64,000 bases of DNA from contig NC_057744.1 of the NCBI RefSeq assembly GCF_004010195.1, positions 28,830,365 to 28,894,364 on the forward strand. Reading direction: 5' to 3'. Below are positions 61,540-64,000 of this stretch, one piece after another. The DNA comes from Chiloscyllium plagiosum. Taxonomy: Eukaryota. Made by a program: the position numbers and the translations under genes. Under the pieces are notes generated by a model. It saw only the letters and a list, made by a program, of their open reading frames with translations, was not told the DNA's origin and did no database searches. How positions within the stretch are numbered: position 1 is the stretch's first letter; the number at the start of each line of letters is the position of its first letter.

Positions 61540-64000
61540 CACTGTTGAAGTTTAATAAACTACTTTTAGCTTTTGAAAAGGTAAAATCTCAGACAGTTTT
61601 ACTATTTCAGACATTCACACACACACAAATAAAGTCATAATGGTCTTTAATATCTAATAATTTATAGCTTAATGCTGCATCAAGAGAAGAATACAAGACA
61701 TATCTCACCAAAACATCCCAAAGCCGCTGAGAGTTCCCATTGAAAATAATGGAAAATCCCTAACATTCTTATGTGGGGCAGTGAGTGAGGATTATATTCC
61801 CCCAACTTTGTGAATCAAAAGATGATCTTATGTCTTTCTCACTTTGAGCCAACATTCTAATCCATATGAGTCTCAAGCACTTGCTAGTCAGCATAGATGC
61901 TTATTCTTTTCCTTCTTAAAAGGATAAATCATTTCATAAAGTATTACAATATAATCAATAACAGCAGGGATAAATACCACATAATATTTCAGTTAAGAAA
62001 AATGGAAAAAGAACATGTTTTTCTTTGCTATTCTGTGATTTTCTTTTGTTGCTGCAAACTCGATTAGATTTTAGTTCTACCACTAAATGTGGACATTTGG
62101 ACATCAGTGCAACAATCAGCCGCTTGCTGACAAAACAACTTCACACCTTGTCCTGGCTGTCATACGTCTGTATTATATATGGAGCATGTGCATCATTGGT
62201 CAGCTACACAATGAGGAATGGCTGCCCTGTTTAAAATCAAAGCTTTAGACAGCTTAATTACCAGAGGGCAAAGAAACGTCCAAAATAAAACTTTTTGGAA
62301 AAAAAATCAAAGCACAAAAATGTAAAAAATACAATTTTATTTGTTTAAAGTTACCTCTAACTATATCTTCATCTTTATATGATCAACAGTGTCTAAACTA
62401 AGAACGATACAGTTCAGCCTGCCTGGTTGGTCATCGTTCAGAACAGTGGCTTGTTCTGGGGATTTTCTCCAGTGATTTGGTTTTTGTTTCTCTGACTTTC
62501 ATTTGGTCTTCATTTATAATGGGATCTCCAGTAGTCGTATATTAACTTAAGAGTACTGAAAATACCCACTTGTGAACGCTTGCACTATGTAAGAACGTAA
62601 CATTGAACCTAGGCAGGTGCCGACATAGTGTGCACTCTGGCAATTTATGAAAGCGAAGGGAGCTGTAAGCCATTATTGTAGGTGCAGAGTCCTAAGCATT
62701 AGTGCCTTTATTAGCCAATATACTATGTACAGAGCAGTCCTGTGCTTTTTGTGGTGGGATTGGAATGTTTCCACACTGTTCAAATTATAGATTGGTGAAA
62801 ATTTTCATCAGCAGTTTGAGAGTAGGTTGTGTGCACACAATTACCGAACTGTATTTCTAAACAGAGGGATCACAGACCCGATTAATAAAGCTAATTGGAT
62901 GGCTGCTGAAATCAGCAGAATTAATATTTTCCAAAGGAATGAGGGGGAGATGTCTCCGAGAGCTGTGGTAAATATTAAGTTGGAAGCTCCTCAATAATGG
63001 TCTTGTGGATAAGGGCACCATTAGGTACATAAACTATACACACAAGGTTTGAGATCTGATTCCTGAGCTGTATTTTATTAGCTAATACCCTGGGCAATAG
63101 CAGAATCTGTAATTACTTCCAGTGCGTTTACAGTTATCGGGATGAGGGGAGGAAACAAATCAGCAAAGGTGCTTGATTGTTATCCAGTGATACAAAACGT
63201 GACTACACTGATGGGAGTTCAACCTGGATTCAAATGTCATTCCCTATAGTCAGAAGACGTCAATATTCACTGGTTAGGTTCATGAGTGAGATGTCAAAGG
63301 GCTACTGCCAAACAAAGTACTCCATCTACACAGCATATCTACAGTCACCAAGAGAGAGTCTTGAAAAGGGAACTGACATTATTTATAGGCTGGATGGCAT
63401 CAAATCGACACACAAAACTGCTGAAAGGGATATAGAGAAACTGATTTGGATAGACATGCCCTTTCCACAGCAACATTTTGGCCACAGTTAATTTGCCAAC
63501 AAACAAGCTGCCTGTTTCTCATGTAACAAATTGGTGTTCGTTTGAAACTTGGTATTGTTGCAACAGTCTTGCTGAGTGTAAGACAAAAAAAAACTTTCAT
63601 TGCATGGTTTTTTTTCCCCCACTAATAATGACTTATTTATAAATGATGCTTCTATTGGAATCAGCCTCAAAATTCAAACTAAAAGGATATGAAAGCCCTA
63701 CTTAATTTCAGCAAGGCTTTTTGCATAGCTTTATGGAACTGGGTTCACAAATTATCCAATCTAACCCATTTCTCAGCTGGCCAACTTGTAACGATGGATG
63801 CTGACATCTTAGAGCTGCTCATGACCATTGTTCAAATCTTGCTACTTAAGGGCAACAAAGTGGCATAAATAATATCAAAGCTAGTGTCCAATGAAAGTTT
63901 AAACCAAACGAAAAGTGTTCCAGGTGACCTATGCATTTACCCAGGAATGGGCAATGAAATAAAATCCCAAAGTCCACTACTCATCACTGAAGTACAGTCA

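Noticed and set aside
63177-63491. 104-aa + strand ORF
   Set aside because: Non-ATG start, begins in an old SINE-like fragment, no recognisable protein features.

Overview
Repeat-dense eukaryotic DNA from a cartilaginous fish: HE1 V-SINEs and HER1/CR1 LINEs point to a shark, probably a carpet/bamboo-shark-like genome. Almost every ORF in the supplied track is a decayed transposon or noise. Recognisable content: CR1/HER1, L2, Rex-Babar and RTE LINE fragments; about 12 HE1 SINEs; Deu-domain and other tRNA-SINEs; two Gmr1-type Gypsy LTR elements (integrase upstream of RT, tRNA-Pro PBS); older Gypsy remnants; a Harbinger transposase remnant; and Penelope-like (PLE) remnants. The one convincing host-gene signal is a CpG-rich promoter at about 17.0-17.2 kb with a minus-strand first coding exon encoding a signal peptide (16767-16827). 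The most notable observations are: (1) at least three families of tiny, often palindromic, TSD-flanked Penelope-derived insertions carrying minimal hammerhead-ribozyme motifs, sometimes on both strands; (2) a Gypsy element whose structure matches an integrated, circularly permuted one-LTR circle; (3) a 3-kb block bounded by a 250-bp direct repeat whose flanks are in permuted order, suggesting circle re-integration; (4) a 25-bp-period array with an invariant 13-bp core and variable spacers. All calls were made by eye; no database search was run.
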